Shown here: piece by piece, positions 20,188-33,988 of the stretch
Numbering within the stretch: position 1 is the first letter of the stretch
How the letters are laid out: each line of letters opens with the position of its first letter
NCBI GenBank assembly: GCA_963693365.1
Contig: CAVNZM010000012.1
Coordinates: 1,116,001-1,180,000 of the forward strand
Reading direction: 5' to 3'
DNA: 64,000 nucleotides
Source: Amoebidium appalachense
Lineage: Eukaryota > Protista > Ichthyosporea
Position numbers and translations under genes: made by a program
Notes under the pieces: model-generated
The model's database searches: none
The model's input: only the letters and a program-made list of their open reading frames with translations
Told to the model about the DNA's origin: nothing

Positions 20188-21212
20188 CTTGCCCTCCGTG
20201 TTGTGCACCAATCTGATTCACGTACTTGCAGTGTGGTGGGGAGTGCCCAGACACCAACTATCTATTTTTGGGCGATTTTGTCGATCGAGGTTACTACTCG
20301 GTAGAGACTTTGCTATTGCTGCTAGCTTTGAAGGTTTGCCCCATCCCCCCTTGCCCCCCTCCCCCCCCCCCCCCCCCCCCCCCCCCCTCCCCCCCAACCC
20401 ACACACGCGCACACACCAAAAAAAAAAAAAAAAAAAAAAGGGGGGGGGGGGGGGCTTTTCTTCCCTCCAGTACCTATGCACGCGAACACCACCTCGATCC
20501 CCCGTGCACTTGGTTGGCACGTGCACAAGAACACACACACACTTAACGTGCCCGGGTACACCTACGACTAACTTGCACGTGAGGCGGCATGTACACATAC
20601 TTTGCAAATGTACATGTTCGCAATCACAGACACACACTCACTTGGAGTGCAAGTGCACGCACACGCGCACACACAGACACACACACGCATAGACACACCA
20701 CCACCACCTTCCCACCCATCCGTGGCTGTGGTGTGTTGCTTTCTGGAGGGATGTTTGTATGTGAACACACAGCACTGAGCGTGTTTGTAAACATTGATGG
20801 GAAGGTGCTCCGAATGGGAAACGACAAGCATGCATCTCACCCTCCGCCTTTTGTCGAATGTTTGACCCGACATGTGTACGGACGTGTGTGTTTTCGTTTT
20901 CCTGCACATGCGCGCACGTGGGCTGTGTGTGTAGGTGGGTGGGTGGATGGTGGTTGTGTGTGTTCGTAGGTGCACGGGTGTATCTTTAAGTTCACGTGTG
21001 GGTATTCGTGTGTGTGTGTGCACATGTGTACATGTGTGGATGTATGTGGATGTGCATGTGCACTCGTGTGCAAATGTGTGGATGTGTAATTGTGGCTGTG
21101 TGCTTGTGTGCAACACTGAGGTATGTGGGTGTGCAGGTGCGTTACCCGGACAGAATAACGCTCATCAGAGGCAACCACGAGAGCAGGCAGATCACACAGG
21201 TGAGGCTCGGGC

Positions 21213-21247
<35 letters not shown>

Positions 21248-21501
21248 CACTCGCACGTGCTCACACCCCTCCCACACACGCACTCAGACACATACACACA
21301 TGCACACGCCCACGTACGCGTACACATACATGTGACATGGGTTTGCATACCAAGACGCACACCCGTGCTTCAAAACATCAGCTCCATGCATACACACCCA
21401 AATACGTGCACAATTTGGCACACACACAGACAGACACACGCGCGCACACACACACATTCACACACACACACACACACACACATGGCGCAACATCGTCGCA
21501 C

Positions 21502-21574
<73 letters not shown>

Positions 21575-21669
21575 CCTGTATCCATCCATGCCCCCTTTCC
21601 ACCAGTGAGACACTGAGGGCGTTAGTGGTGGTTCTAATGGTAACCGTTGGTGTGCTCATCAGCCCGTCC

Positions 21670-21707
<38 letters not shown>

Positions 21708-21836
21708 CCCGCCGCCGCCGCCCTCACCACCACCACAACAACGGCAACACACACACAAGCACACACACAGCAGGTTTGTGTCGTGTTGGTGGTCGTAGAT
21801 GAACTTAGTACTGTCAAGATTGATCCCTCTTCCCCC

Positions 21837-21867
<31 letters not shown>

Positions 21868-21884
21868 AAAAAAAAAAAAAAAAA

Positions 21885-21927
<43 letters not shown>

Positions 21928-21944
21928 ATCTCTTCCATCCACCC

Positions 21945-21984
<40 letters not shown>

Positions 21985-22251
21985 CATGCTCACACTTCTC
22001 CTTTTCCCTTTTCTTTTTTTTTTCTTTGTGTTGCAGGTGTACGGGTTCTATGACGAATGCCTGCGCAAGTACGGGTCGGTGAATGTGTGGCGGCACTGCA
22101 CGGAGGTCTTTGACTATCTGTGCCTGGCCGCACTGGTGGATGACCAGGTGTTCTGTGTGCATGGTGGACTGTCCCCATCAATCACGGAGATAGATCAGGT
22201 GTGTTTGTGTTTATTTTTATTAATATTTTTTTTGTGTGTGTGTATGTGTGT

Positions 22252-22312
<61 letters not shown>

Positions 22313-22625
22313 GCTGGTGAACGACCAGGTGTTCTGTGTGCACGGCGGAATGTCTTCATCAATCACAGAGATCGATCAGGTAGCGGTTTTTGTTTTCTTT
22401 TTTTTTTTTTTTTTTTTCCCCTTTGTTTTCTTTCTCTCTTTTCCTCTTTTTTTCCTTTCCTCTTTCCGCCCCGTTATATCTTAGATTGATTAGGTAGTGG
22501 TGCTCTCTTCCTCTCTCTCCTTTTGTGTGTGGGTGTGGGTGAGTGGGTGGCGCAAATACACGGGCTGCACCCATCTGCACCCTCACTCACACACACACAC
22601 ATACACATACACTCTCATGCATACT

Positions 22626-22686
<61 letters not shown>

Positions 22687-22861
22687 ATACACTCACACAC
22701 ACATACACGCACGCACACACACACACACACACACTCACACACACATACACGCACGCACAGACACGTGCACGTGCACGTGCACATCCACAGATGCACATCC
22801 GGGTGCGTGCCCACTCGCAAACACACACGCACATGCACATGCGCACAGACACACACACACA

Positions 22862-22937
<76 letters not shown>

Positions 22938-24392
22938 CCCTCCCCCCCCCCCCTCTCTCTCCTCCTCCCCACGGACCCCAACACCTTTTTGATCAACCTT
23001 CCTACCCTTGGTCTGTTTGCGTTTTCCGTTGTTTTGTGTGTGTGTTGGTGGCATGCACTAACACAGCCAATGGTGTGCAGATACGAACCATCGACAGGAA
23101 ACAAGAAGTGCCACACGATGGCGCAATGTGCGATCTGCTATGGTCAGACCCAGAAGGTAGGTGTGTGTGTACGTGTGGGTGTGTGGATGGGTGGATGGGT
23201 GGGTGTACGTGTCGGGGGAAGGGTGTGGGTGTATGCACGTGTGTGTGGGCGTGTGGGCGTGTGGGTGTGTGTGTGTGTGTATGTGTTGGTGGGTTGATGG
23301 GTGAGTGTGGAACGTGGGGGTGGGTGGGTGAGTGGGTGTGCGTGTGGCTTTGGGCGTGGTTTTGCGGGTACGGATGCGGGTGCCCGTGTGTGTGCATGTG
23401 TGAGCGCGCCTGCTAGTGTGCGTGTGTGCGTGTGTGCGTGTGCGTGTGCGTATGTATGTGCATGTGTGCGCGCATGCATGTGCGTGAGCGTGAGGGTGTG
23501 CGTCTGTGTTTAAGTATGTGTGAGTCTCTGTATGTACGTGTAGGAGTGTGTGCGTGCATGCGACATGTGATCAAGCGTGTATGTATGTGCTTGTGGTTCT
23601 ATCGCTGTGTGTGTGCGCCTGTAGGTGATTGTTGAGAGAATGAAGGGGAGGGTGTATGTGCATGTCTGATAGGGTTTAATGGTTGTGTGTGTACAGGTCC
23701 GCATTGGGGATAGCAGGTGTGTGTGTTTGTGGGCGCCGGGGGGGGGGGGGGGGGGGGGGGGGGGGTGGGAAAAAGCTTAACAAGTTTGTGTATCTGCCCA
23801 ACCTCTTTTCTGTATTTTCGATTCGTTCCTTCTGCAAATAATAATAATCGTCAAGGACAGTTCAAGGTGGAGTTATGGAGTGATTACGAGGTGGTGTGTG
23901 GAAACTGACACTCAGGTATCCCCAGATATTGAAGGGTGGGGGTTGAGTCCTAGGGGGGCTGGTTATCTGTTCGGCGGCGATGTCGTAGAGATGGTACTTT
24001 ATTCCCCCCTTCCCCCCCCCTCCCCCCCCCCCCCCCCCCCCCCACCTCTCCCCCCCACCTCTCCCCCGGTGTTGTAGGATGGGTTCTGTTTATGTTGTGC
24101 ATTGTCGTGTTGTTGATGTTGCATACTTAAACGTTTGTCTTTGTATGTGTCCTGCACAGTGTTTCAGATCGTGAAGTTGTACTTCGTACCATGTTGGGCA
24201 TTTTGTGTTGCCCTGTGTCTATGTCTGTGTCTCTGTGTGTCTTGTGTGTCAGTATGTGTGCATGGGATTTTTCTGTGTTTTCCCGTGTACGGTTCATGTG
24301 CACGTGTCCATGTGCATATCCTTGTATGGTGCTTTTGTGCACCTGAAAGTGACGGTGTAGGGTGTGTGTGTGTGTGTGTGTTTGTGTGTTTG

Positions 24393-24433
<41 letters not shown>

Positions 24434-25201
24434 GGGGGGGAAGGGGGGAGGGGGGGGGGGGGGGGGGAGAGGGGATATATGTACTTATGCGCCTACAGGG
24501 GGAGGGAGGGGGAGGGGGGGGGCATCTGTACCCATATGTGCGGACAGGGAAAAGGGGGGGGGGGGGGGGGGGATATTAGTACCTATATGTGCCGAAAGGC
24601 GAGGGGGGGGTATTTGTGCCTGCGTGTGTGCCGACAGGGAGGGGGTGGCGGAGGGGGTGGGGGAGAATTTCTGTGCCCATATGTGCTGACCAGGGGGGAT
24701 CATTAATCCATGAAAATTCAGTTCAACCGCAGCAACAACATCGACCTGATAGCCCGTGCGCACCAACTGGTAATGGAGGGATACAAGTTGCAGTTTAACG
24801 ACACGGTGGTGACCGTCTGGTCCGCACCAAACTACTGCTACAGGTATGCATGTGTGTGTTTGTGTGTGTGTGTGGGGGGGGGGGGGGGGGGGGAAGGGGG
24901 GATGAGGAGGGGGGGGAGGGGGGGGGGGGGGTTCGGTCTGTGGGTGCGGGCTGGCTGGCGTGTGTGTGTGGTGTGGGTTGGGGGGGGGGGGGGGGGGGGG
25001 GGGTTGGGACGGGAGCAACTGTTGTAGGGTGTGAGACAGTCTACAAAATTGGTAGGAGGTGGAAATACGCAAACAGATCGATGCACTGAACTGGCAGAAA
25101 GTGAAACGAATTATGTTGCTTGAACAGACGGCTCTACCTTCCCCACAAGCAACTCCAGTTTGGGCAGGCACACAGCAAGTGTCACACATACTCAAACACC
25201 G

Positions 25202-25246
<45 letters not shown>

Positions 25247-25562
25247 ACATTAACACGGGATGTTTGGGGTACTCGTGGTGCACATATACATCCACATGTA
25301 CATGCGCCCAGCGCGGGCACACACACACACCTGCAGGCTCGATTTATTATCTACATGTGATGGCATGCACTGATTGGTTGTTATTTTTAGGTGCGGGAAC
25401 GTTGCCGCGGTGCTCCAATTGGACGAAAACCTAAAGAGGAATTTCAAGATCTTCACAGAGGCACCAAACGTTAATCCCCCCCCCCCCCCCCCTCGCCCTC
25501 GTCCCCACCTTTCCCCTGCCCCTGTTTGAGCATGGGCGCTACGTGTGATACATTTATCCCCC

Positions 25563-25609
<47 letters not shown>

Positions 25610-26025
25610 TTTCAGAATCTGTATTGTGTAGTCCATTGTAAATGCATGCTTGAACGTGCACTTCTTACCCTAATGCATTATAACCACCACCACTCCCAAG
25701 AAAGAAAGAAAAAGTCAAGACGAGACAGACAAGACTCGGGGAGGGAGTGCATTCACATATGCACCGGCACGTGCTTGGCCTCATACTCGCTTTCTCTTTT
25801 TCCATTTTTCCACCTGGGTCCCTCTGCTCCCATGAAGTGATGTCCCCCTGGTGTGTGTGTTTGTGTGTGTGTACGTGTGTGTGTGTGCCTGTGTGTGTGT
25901 GTGTGTGCCTGCTTGTGGGTGGTCCCCAGGGGGGGGGGGGTCCTTATTGGTGTACTGAATGGTTTTGTCCGCAGGAGGAAAGGGGGCAGCTCGGCAGAAA
26001 ACCACCCGTCGATTACTTCCTGTGA
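17098..26025 (+). CDS. PPP4C: Serine/threonine protein phosphatase 4 catalytic subunit (304 aa)
   Basis: Exons 17098-17114, 17698-17821, 18627-18677, 20232-20333, 21137-21199, 22037-22198, 23081-23156, 23926-23993, 24722-24843, 25391-25469 and 25975-26025 total 915 nt. PPP motifs GDIHG, GDFVDRG, RGNHE, HGGLSP and SAPNYC are present, with PP4-type [13 protein letters not shown] and C-terminal DYFL. Confidence 0.97.
18785..18884 (+). mobile_element. Old 3' fragment of a related subfamily, directly upstream of the family A insertion
   Basis: Ends gtgtatttcgtactctgttactcatctgta+poly-C, with the same subterminal palindrome and spacing as family A. Confidence 0.45.
18909..19542 (+). mobile_element. 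Family A partial tandem: 182-bp 3' segment followed by a 452-bp unit (pseudo-LTR-like)
   Basis: 18909-19090 reads identical to 19361-19542 (period 452). Flanked by poly-C on both sides, with C7 at the internal junction. No convincing ORF. Confidence 0.9.
22314..22379 (+). other. Intronic duplicate of the 3' 66 nt of PP4c exon 6, with donor site
   Basis: 57/66 identical to 22133-22198. Reads [22 protein letters not shown] followed by GT. Confidence 0.9.
24078..24205 (+). mobile_element. Diverged family A 3' fragment
   Basis: aggatgggttctgtttatg...gatgttgcatacttaaacgtttgtctttgtatgtgtcctgcac...gtacttcgtaccatgtt, following a C-rich tract. Confidence 0.75.
24478..24695. repeat. Degenerate ~45-50 bp repeat x5 (tgtacccatatgtgc(c/t)gacagggg) upstream of the exon 9 acceptor
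   Basis: Five imperfect copies separated by G runs. The last contains a GCTGAC branch-like motif. Confidence 0.65.
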
Positions 26026-27138
26026 GATATAACGGATGGGAATATTCGTGTACATGGATGGCCCGGGCCATGAGAAATATGGATAGCTGGGAGATAAACC
26101 ATCCTGTTTTTTTCATTCCCCCCCCCCCCCTTTTTTTTTCCCGGTAATGATGACTAGGAGTAGCCTGGCAAGAATGGTTTTTCACGCTTTTTTCCTTGTT
26201 TTTCTTCTTTCTTTCTTTCCTTTTTTTTTTTTTTTTTTTTTTTTTTGCCCCCGGAGGTTCGTCCAGAGACCCAGAGTGAGCAGAAATCCCCCCTCCCCCC
26301 CCTCCCCTTTTTTCTCCTTCTTTCTCTCTTATTGCCTTGTTTTATTACCTTGCAATAGGCTTAAGAATGTGTATCAAATAAGTGAACTTTTTAAGGTTTT
26401 GACATGGACATACATGCATACGTGATGGGACGAACGAAAACTGAGCATGTAAACCTATTGCTGATTGTCGTGTGAACACTGAACTGTAATATCCGTCTTT
26501 TTTCTCTTTTGGGGTTAGAATCTGACACGGTGTGTTTTTGGGGTAAAAACATGTATTTGAATATGTAAGAGACTGAATTAACGCATCACCACATGTGAGG
26601 TGATTGGTATGGAAGGGTATACTGTTAGGGTGTAGCCTAACTATGCGGGAGACACTACCTGCTATGGAGAATGGCATGGGGTATTTTTTGTGCAAAAACT
26701 GAAATGGGAAAACGGGCATATGCTCATGAACAGATGCATTTATGAAACAAACAAAAAAGTAGGAATATCACTTTGTTGTGTAGGTACACATATACATTGC
26801 GTACACACAGAGACACACAATACACAAACAGCTAAACTCAGAAAGGAGAACACGACGTCGTACACACATGCACAGACACGCCCGTGAAACACACACTCAT
26901 GATCATGACGCACGTGGATGTCCTTACAAGTGCGCACATGCAAACACACACACACACACACACATGTGTGTGTGTGCCACGGTACACGCACATGTGTACC
27001 GCACAAATGGCAGTAGTTCAATGCTGGTCCTGCAGACATGTAATAGTATGGCTGGCTGTGACTGAAAATAAAATGGGAGCTGAAACCCCAGAATTTCAAA
27101 TGCAGTGCCCAACAGTGTGATCATAGTGCATCCCGGTT

Positions 27139-27235
27139 AATTACCACAGCGAATACATGCATTTCTTTTTAAGTTACCACAAAGAATACACGCGTCCCCT
27201 TTAAGTTACCACAGAGAATACACGCATTCCCCTTA
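27139..27235. repeat. ~32-bp tandem repeat x3
   Basis: ttaccaca(g/a)(c/a)gaataca(t/c)gc repeated three times. Confidence 0.7.
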
Positions 27236-27462
27236 AGATAGAGTACGTACACATGCATGGCCCTTACAACAGTAATACCATACGTGTGCCATACATATGC
27301 ATGCACATGCATCCACCTTACGTATACAACAGAGAATGTAGAAGTAAACCTGGGCATCCGCTGTGCACTCGCAGGAGTCAATCATGTATGGAAGTGTACA
27401 CTGTACAGGCCGACGATAGGAGTGGTCGGTCCTCCTGATCAGCTGAGCGAGAGGAAGGGGGG

Positions 27463-27497
<35 letters not shown>

Positions 27498-28165
27498 GCA
27501 TAGCGGCAACAGCATCATATAAATTAAACATCATATGAATTATCGTTATGGCATGATACCTTAGATAAGTGAATCAGCTACAGAGGGGTGGTAGTTAATT
27601 TAACTAACTATAATATAGTACGACAGCGGCTACCGCATGATCTTATACCATGCAGCGGCGCCCGGGGTCTATTCGTATACTCTTAAGTTTTATAAATACT
27701 TTTTTTTGGCGCGCCAAAACTTCCCTACTTTTCAACAACATCTTTTCTAGAAAACCTTCTTTTCCTGTGGGAGTATTTTTAAAGTGGCATATTAAATGCA
27801 CTGGTACAAACACGTGCACGGCATCAACACATTTAATATCATGAAATTCAAACGCACTAAATTCGAAATCCAAGTGCCTGTATCGATCACGTAACGAGCG
27901 TGCCTCTCCGGCCTCCCCTAAAAAAAATAGATATAACTTTGTAGAGACATTTGATTGGTCCGTTCGACATTAAAATTCAATAGCGCATAACTAGCTAGGC
28001 TAACGTGCCTGGATGTGGGTGGGGTGGGTACGTCATATGTGTGCGCTTGTGTGCGCGCGCGCGTGTGTGTATGCGTGTGTGTGTGTGTGTTTCTTGGTGC
28101 TGGTGTTGTGCACGTGCATGTGTGTGGGTTATCGCAAGTGAATGCCACTGGCCGTGGGGTGGGAT

Positions 28166-28204
<39 letters not shown>

Positions 28205-29378
28205 CTGTAAAAATCATCTCGCGTCTGCGGACCAACCTGTGTCGGGGGAGGGGGGGGGGGGAAGGGAGGGGGGAGGGAGGGGGGAGGGGGGAAGGGGAGG
28301 GGACCATGGATCCTGCAATGGATTTCATACCAGGGTCGCGATCTAGATTTCGCATGCGATTTTATATTATAGTGTGTGTTTCAGCTCGGTACACAGCTCC
28401 ACTCGTTTATGTATGCATCACACCTATTGTACACACAGTATCAGTGCGCTTCGGATTCCACTGATATATTCCACCTTGGACTGTTTTATATACCGAGCAC
28501 ATGCATCACACGGGCATTGTTACTTTTATACGTACATAATCGTTTTGTCACACACTTTTTTTTTGGCGTCCTACGTGATAATTTTCGTGCTACATATAAA
28601 AATCATCACAGACATTTCTTCTTTTGCTAGCTAGAGCACACCATTTCTTTTGGCACGTCAAATCGAAGATAAAAAAAAAACGTACACACAAATTCGAACA
28701 CCCAAGTCTCGCGACAGAGAATATAACACATGGTAAAAAGCCGACGGATAAGAGTCAATCATCCTGAAATTTGCAAATCGCCTAAAATGTATAAGCTACC
28801 ACAATACATCTGACGCACATCTATAATTACGCAAGGGATAATCTATTTTCTTTTTGGCATCCGTCAAACCCCCCCCCCCCCCCCCCCCTTCCGCCCCTCC
28901 CTCCCCCCCTGTCAAACGCACACACACAGCCACAAACAGACACACACGAAAACGCGCCCACACACACGCACCCAAAAAATCTAAGTCGCCATCAAATGAT
29001 ACAGACACAACCACCCGTACCAGAAAGCAGCACTATCTACATACCCACTCGCTGAACACCACAAGTCGAAAACATAAACTATATTTCCAAATCTATCCAT
29101 TTCAACTTTTTGAACAGGGAGGGGGGGGAAAAAAAGAAAGGAAGGAAGAAAGAAAGAAAGAAAGAGCACAGGTGTGCTGGTAAATAAACCCCGAGCGCTA
29201 TCACAAGCGCATCTTGTTTTGCGTGCCCATACTTGCAAATAAAACACTTCCCAAACGTGTGTCCAAGTGAACTGTGTGAATGAGCAACCGTGTTATCCTT
29301 ATTCTATCTATATATCAAGAGTTCACATGCACACAAAACTCTGAAAATAAAAAGAAAAGAGAAACAACTCAAATCATT

Positions 29379-32300
29379 TCACAAATTTGCCTGCCGGAAT
29401 GCATTATCCGGCCGTCTGGGGTAGGCCACCGCAAAGAGCGAATCCTCCATATCCTCCTCATCCACATACCCATTCCCAATCTCCGAATTTGCGGTGCTCG
29501 CTCCAACAGACCCCCCCTTCTTCCTAGCCTTACCATCGCCACCGCCACCACCACCACCACTAGCGCCGCCGTGATTCGCCGACAGCATAGGATCCCCCTT
29601 GGCCGAATTTCGGCTCCGCGGTAACTGCGGCAACCCGTCGTCATCGGCAAAAAACATCACATCCATGCCCATATCACTCTGTGCCTGAAACAGACTATCG
29701 GCCAACCCTGCCCTCCCAAATCCGTCCTCCTCAAACCCCGATATTAGCATCCCGTCATGAACCCCCCTATCAGATAAACCCCCCGACCTCTCCCTACGCC
29801 CAAATTCGCCGCCGCCGTCAATCTGCGAATCAAGCGCGCTCGTCAACTCGTCGAGGAAATCTGATTGGAGCTGGGGTCCCGGGGGTGTAATCAGGTGATC
29901 CCCCATACCGTTCCACCTCTCGCTCCACCCTACCCCCCGGGGGACAGCAACCGGATCGCTGCGACCCGCCCCCACCACCTGCGTGGGCATCACGTGATCG
30001 TCGAAGATCAAATCGTTGGTGGCCAATTTCAATCGTTGCCCGGACAGAAATTCGGTCTGCGGATCGTGGTTGGCGGCCGAGGGGGCCAAAAACTGATCGG
30101 CGAAAGTTCGAAAAGTAAATTGGGCCCCCACCCACAGGGGTGGGAAGTCGACGTGGGTGGAAATTTCGACCTGAGAGAGCCACAAGTCCTGGTTCTGATT
30201 CTGGGCAGACGTAGTGGCCAGAATTTCCTTGACGGGGTTCTTTGGATAATGCGGTGGGGTCTCGTGCGTGGGGTTTTTTTTTTCCCTTTAGCGCCTGCGA
30301 GGGGGGCCGGTTTTGGGTCGGGTCGGAGTTATCACCCATGGCCCGGACAAAATCCCACTGGCCCTGACCCGTACACTCCACTACCAAACGATCCCGTTCG
30401 CTCGGGTGCAAAGTGTTGTCTGCCGAATCCTGCGCCGCCCTCCGGGGGGTCAAACGATATTCGGTGCATTTTCCGTCCTGCCCAGTCACGAACATCTGAA
30501 AATGCAGGGGGGTTTTTTCACCGTCCGCACGCTCTTGGTACCCCCCATACCCACCAAAGACCGCGCTCACAGGCGAGCCCGCAATCATGACGGGTGCCGG
30601 TTCCTGTGGGGGGGTCTGAAGCGAGGGGCTGCCGATTTGCGGCTTTCCGGCGGCCGGTTTTCGGTTGAGAGTGGGGGGATTTTGCGCAACGGCCTGCCGG
30701 ACACGTGCAACCGTAGTCAAAGTTTCAGCCCCCATAGCCGCTTGCTGGACAGCGGGCAAAGACTCGGCACCGGCGCTCGCAAAAACGCGCAAATTAGGGG
30801 GGGGGTCGGTGTGCAGTGGGTCCGGTAGGAAACGAGCCCCCCCATGGGATGAATGGCGAAAATGTGCACCGTGCCGTGCGTCGTGCCGACCGCCACCCAC
30901 CGGCTGTCGGGGCTAAATTCCATAAACCCCACATGTGCGTTTGTGAGCCCACGACTCAGCCGGTACATGTGCCGAACCGAAATTCCACCCCTTGGACCAC
31001 CCGCTACTTGGGGTGGACCAACAGATGCGACAGTTTGGGGAGCCACGGACCTAACACTGTGGGCGGTCGCGGTGGAGGCAACACTGCCTACGCTGCTGCC
31101 AAGAGACCCGACCGGGATAGTCCCCACAGACCCATAAACCCCCCCAGTGACGTGCAAATCTTCTGGTGGGGGTTTCGCGGAAAGCCGAAAAACCTGAAAA
31201 TCGCGGCCGGAAACCGAAGCCGTCAGCAGCAAGCTGCCGGTTGGGTCAAACGCGAGCGCGCCCACCCAAGCCCCGCCGTGGGGCGTAATTCGTGCCAGGG
31301 GGGTTCCAACATCAATGTCATATATCACCACCACGCTTCCGGGACCCCGCAAATCCGTCGAACTTTCAGCCGCAGGGGTCATCACGCGCTGCCCCGGCGA
31401 CGCACCCGACAACCCCAAAGTGTCGGTAGGGGAGGGGCTCTTTGAACTTGGAGCACTAGAGGGGGGGACCCAAGCAGGGGGGGCGGGTCCGCCGGCCAGA
31501 TATCCACTCACCGTCTGCATGCCCTTATCCCCTAGAGTCCAAAGACCGCTGGCAAACCCCCTCGCAACATCCAACGCACCCCCCGCACGCTCGCCAACCG
31601 ACGCAGCGCCCACAAGCACACCTCCCCCTTCCCGCACGCTCAAACTACTTCGTCGACTGCTCCCGTTTGTCGCTGCAACCGCACGTTCACCAACGGCCCC
31701 ATACGCAAGCCACCGGGTGCCCAAGGCAAGGGGTTGTGCGGTTTGCTGGGGGGCGGGGGTTCGAACCGTCCCATGCGGGTTCGAGGCGCGGGCGGTACCC
31801 CTCCAGACGGAAGGCGACAGAAAGATCCGCAGCGTGGTAGCCGTGGATGGTGTCTGTGGTCGCTACGAGCACGTGCCTGGAAGACGCCAGAAGGCACGTG
31901 ATAGCGTCCGCGTACTGCAACCCGTGGAGCGTCTCCGTTGTCCGAACCGGCCCGAAACTCACCGACCCGGAAGTGATACCGTGACTCACCAAACGCGACG
32001 GTGCATAGACCCCCTCTGAATTTCCGGTCACCCCGGCCTGGGAGGGCCCATCCACCAAAGGCACAAATCCGATCAGTGGCCGATCGTTTGCGTAAATGTC
32101 GACACCCACCTGAGAAGAACCAGAAGAAACTCCACAGGTCGAACCCTTTTCACGGGCCGGTTCCGGGTCGGGTAGTATTGTGGCGAGTGTGCACACCACA
32201 TCGCGGGCGCCCACCAAACACACACTATCGGGGTTGGTCATATCCCATATCTGCAGCCCGGTAGCCGTGCCGATAATCACATATGACACCGCCACCACCG

Positions 32301-32910
32301 AGTGACTCTTATTAACCCGTTGCGCGCAGGTGACCTTTTGGTGTTTAACCCAAAGCACCTCGGCGCCGAAACCAGAAAACCCGTTTCCATCCGCCGCCGC
32401 CGCACCCGTCGCGTCGTTTTGCGCAAAACACGAGGCAAAACCGTTGGCGTGGGGTTGCTGTGACGAATTTGAAGGCGCTTGCTTGCTCGTGCTTTCTCCG
32501 TTCGTGACGGTCGCGAGAGACGCCGACGCAAAGCTACCCAGCGTGCGCAGGTTGCCCAGTATGGAATTCTTCACAGTGTGTATGGGCACATAGTTCTGAA
32601 CCATACCCGTAGCACGTTCCATGTATGACTTTTCTCCAATCACGGTCCGTACCGCCCGCCGCCCGACGTCCGGGTGGTACCGGTTCGAATTGGAAGCTCC
32701 TGACCCGGAATCTGCCCCGTTCAGTTTCCGAACACCCCCCAACCCCCCGCCGTTGACTGTGTATGCACCTGTGGACCAAGCGGGGCTGTGGCTTCTGCTC
32801 GGGTCTTCGGCGAAAACGGGTCGGTTCAGTGAAGGCGAGCAGCCCGGAAAGTCCCGGTTCGGGTCAGCTGGTGGACTCATTCTCCAACGGGCAGATTGGT
32901 CTTCAATCAT
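29379..32910 (-). CDS. BCAS3: BCAS3-family WD40 (autophagy-associated) protein, ~1170 aa, intronless CDS with three apparent frameshifts
   Basis: Four overlapping ORFs join into one protein with BCAS3-type motifs PLALGTRWLAY, LAFDPTGSLLLTAS..G..FQVF, HMYRLSRGLT.A, FSPDSRWVAVGTTHGTVHIFAIHP.GG and WLSQVEISTH..PLWVGAQFTF. Frame changes fall at or near homopolymers 31748-31759, 30797-30805 and 30274-30283. Start is the ATG at 32910 or 32880. Confidence 0.88.
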
Positions 32911-33327
32911 TCGTTTGAATAAAAATTTGACCAAACGAATATATAGTGTGATTGTTCTCGATTGCTACCTATCTGGGTTGTGAGTGTGGGGGCCTGTATG
33001 CAAAGTCGGTGCCCGACTACCGGGTGGTGTATGGTTGGGACGGCGCATGGCTGGTTCTTATTGGCTCGCCATGGCGACAAACGCCAAATATGGCTCGTGT
33101 TGGCTGGTGCGGATTGGTTGATCTGCAAGCGGGAACAGTGATAAGTGAAGGCTTATTGTCATGAGTTTATACATCATGTGCACGAACCCAACCGTCACAA
33201 TGCGGAGGGGTATAATGGGGAGGGAAGTTTTTTTTCTTTTTTTCTTTTTGGGGGCAGGGGGGGGGGGGGGGGGGGGGGGGGGCCACAGCCCCTGCCCCTT
33301 TGCTTTGGGTCCCAAATATTGCAGCAC

Positions 33328-33407
<80 letters not shown>

Positions 33408-33453
33408 CCATTCCCCTATCCTCAGCCGGCACCTTCTGCATCATAGGGTTCCT

Positions 33454-33484
<31 letters not shown>

Positions 33485-33526
33485 CACACACACACACACC
33501 CTCCCACCCTCCCCGAAACACACACA

Positions 33527-33557
<31 letters not shown>

Positions 33558-33949
33558 GCACACACACACACACATATCCAACCCCCATCCCCTCACCCCA
33601 ACTCTCTAGATGAACATTTCCCCGACATCTTGGACAGTTTCTTTCTTCTCTATCCCCCTTCCTTCTCCCCACTCTTATATCCTCGACTCTTCCTGAAATC
33701 CCCCCCCCCCCCCTCCTCCTCCTCCCCCTCCCCCCCCCCCCCCAAAAAAAAAAAGCCATCAGCTCCAAAGCCTCTCCTTTCTCTCTCTCTCTCTCTATCT
33801 ATCTTCCCCTCCCCCCCCCTCCCCCCCCCCTTCCCCCTCTTCCCCCCTGCTTCTCAATTTCTCTCGTCCTTCTCCCTCCCTTCCACACTCCCGAGCTGCC
33901 ATCTTTCATTCGATTCCTCCCCGCTACCTCTGTCCCACTTGCAGTTTTC

Positions 33950-33988
<39 letters not shown>

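Noticed and set aside
29865-32983. Long + strand ORFs (241, 209, 234 aa and others)
   Set aside because: Antisense shadows of the GC-rich BCAS3-like CDS, with no recognisable motifs.
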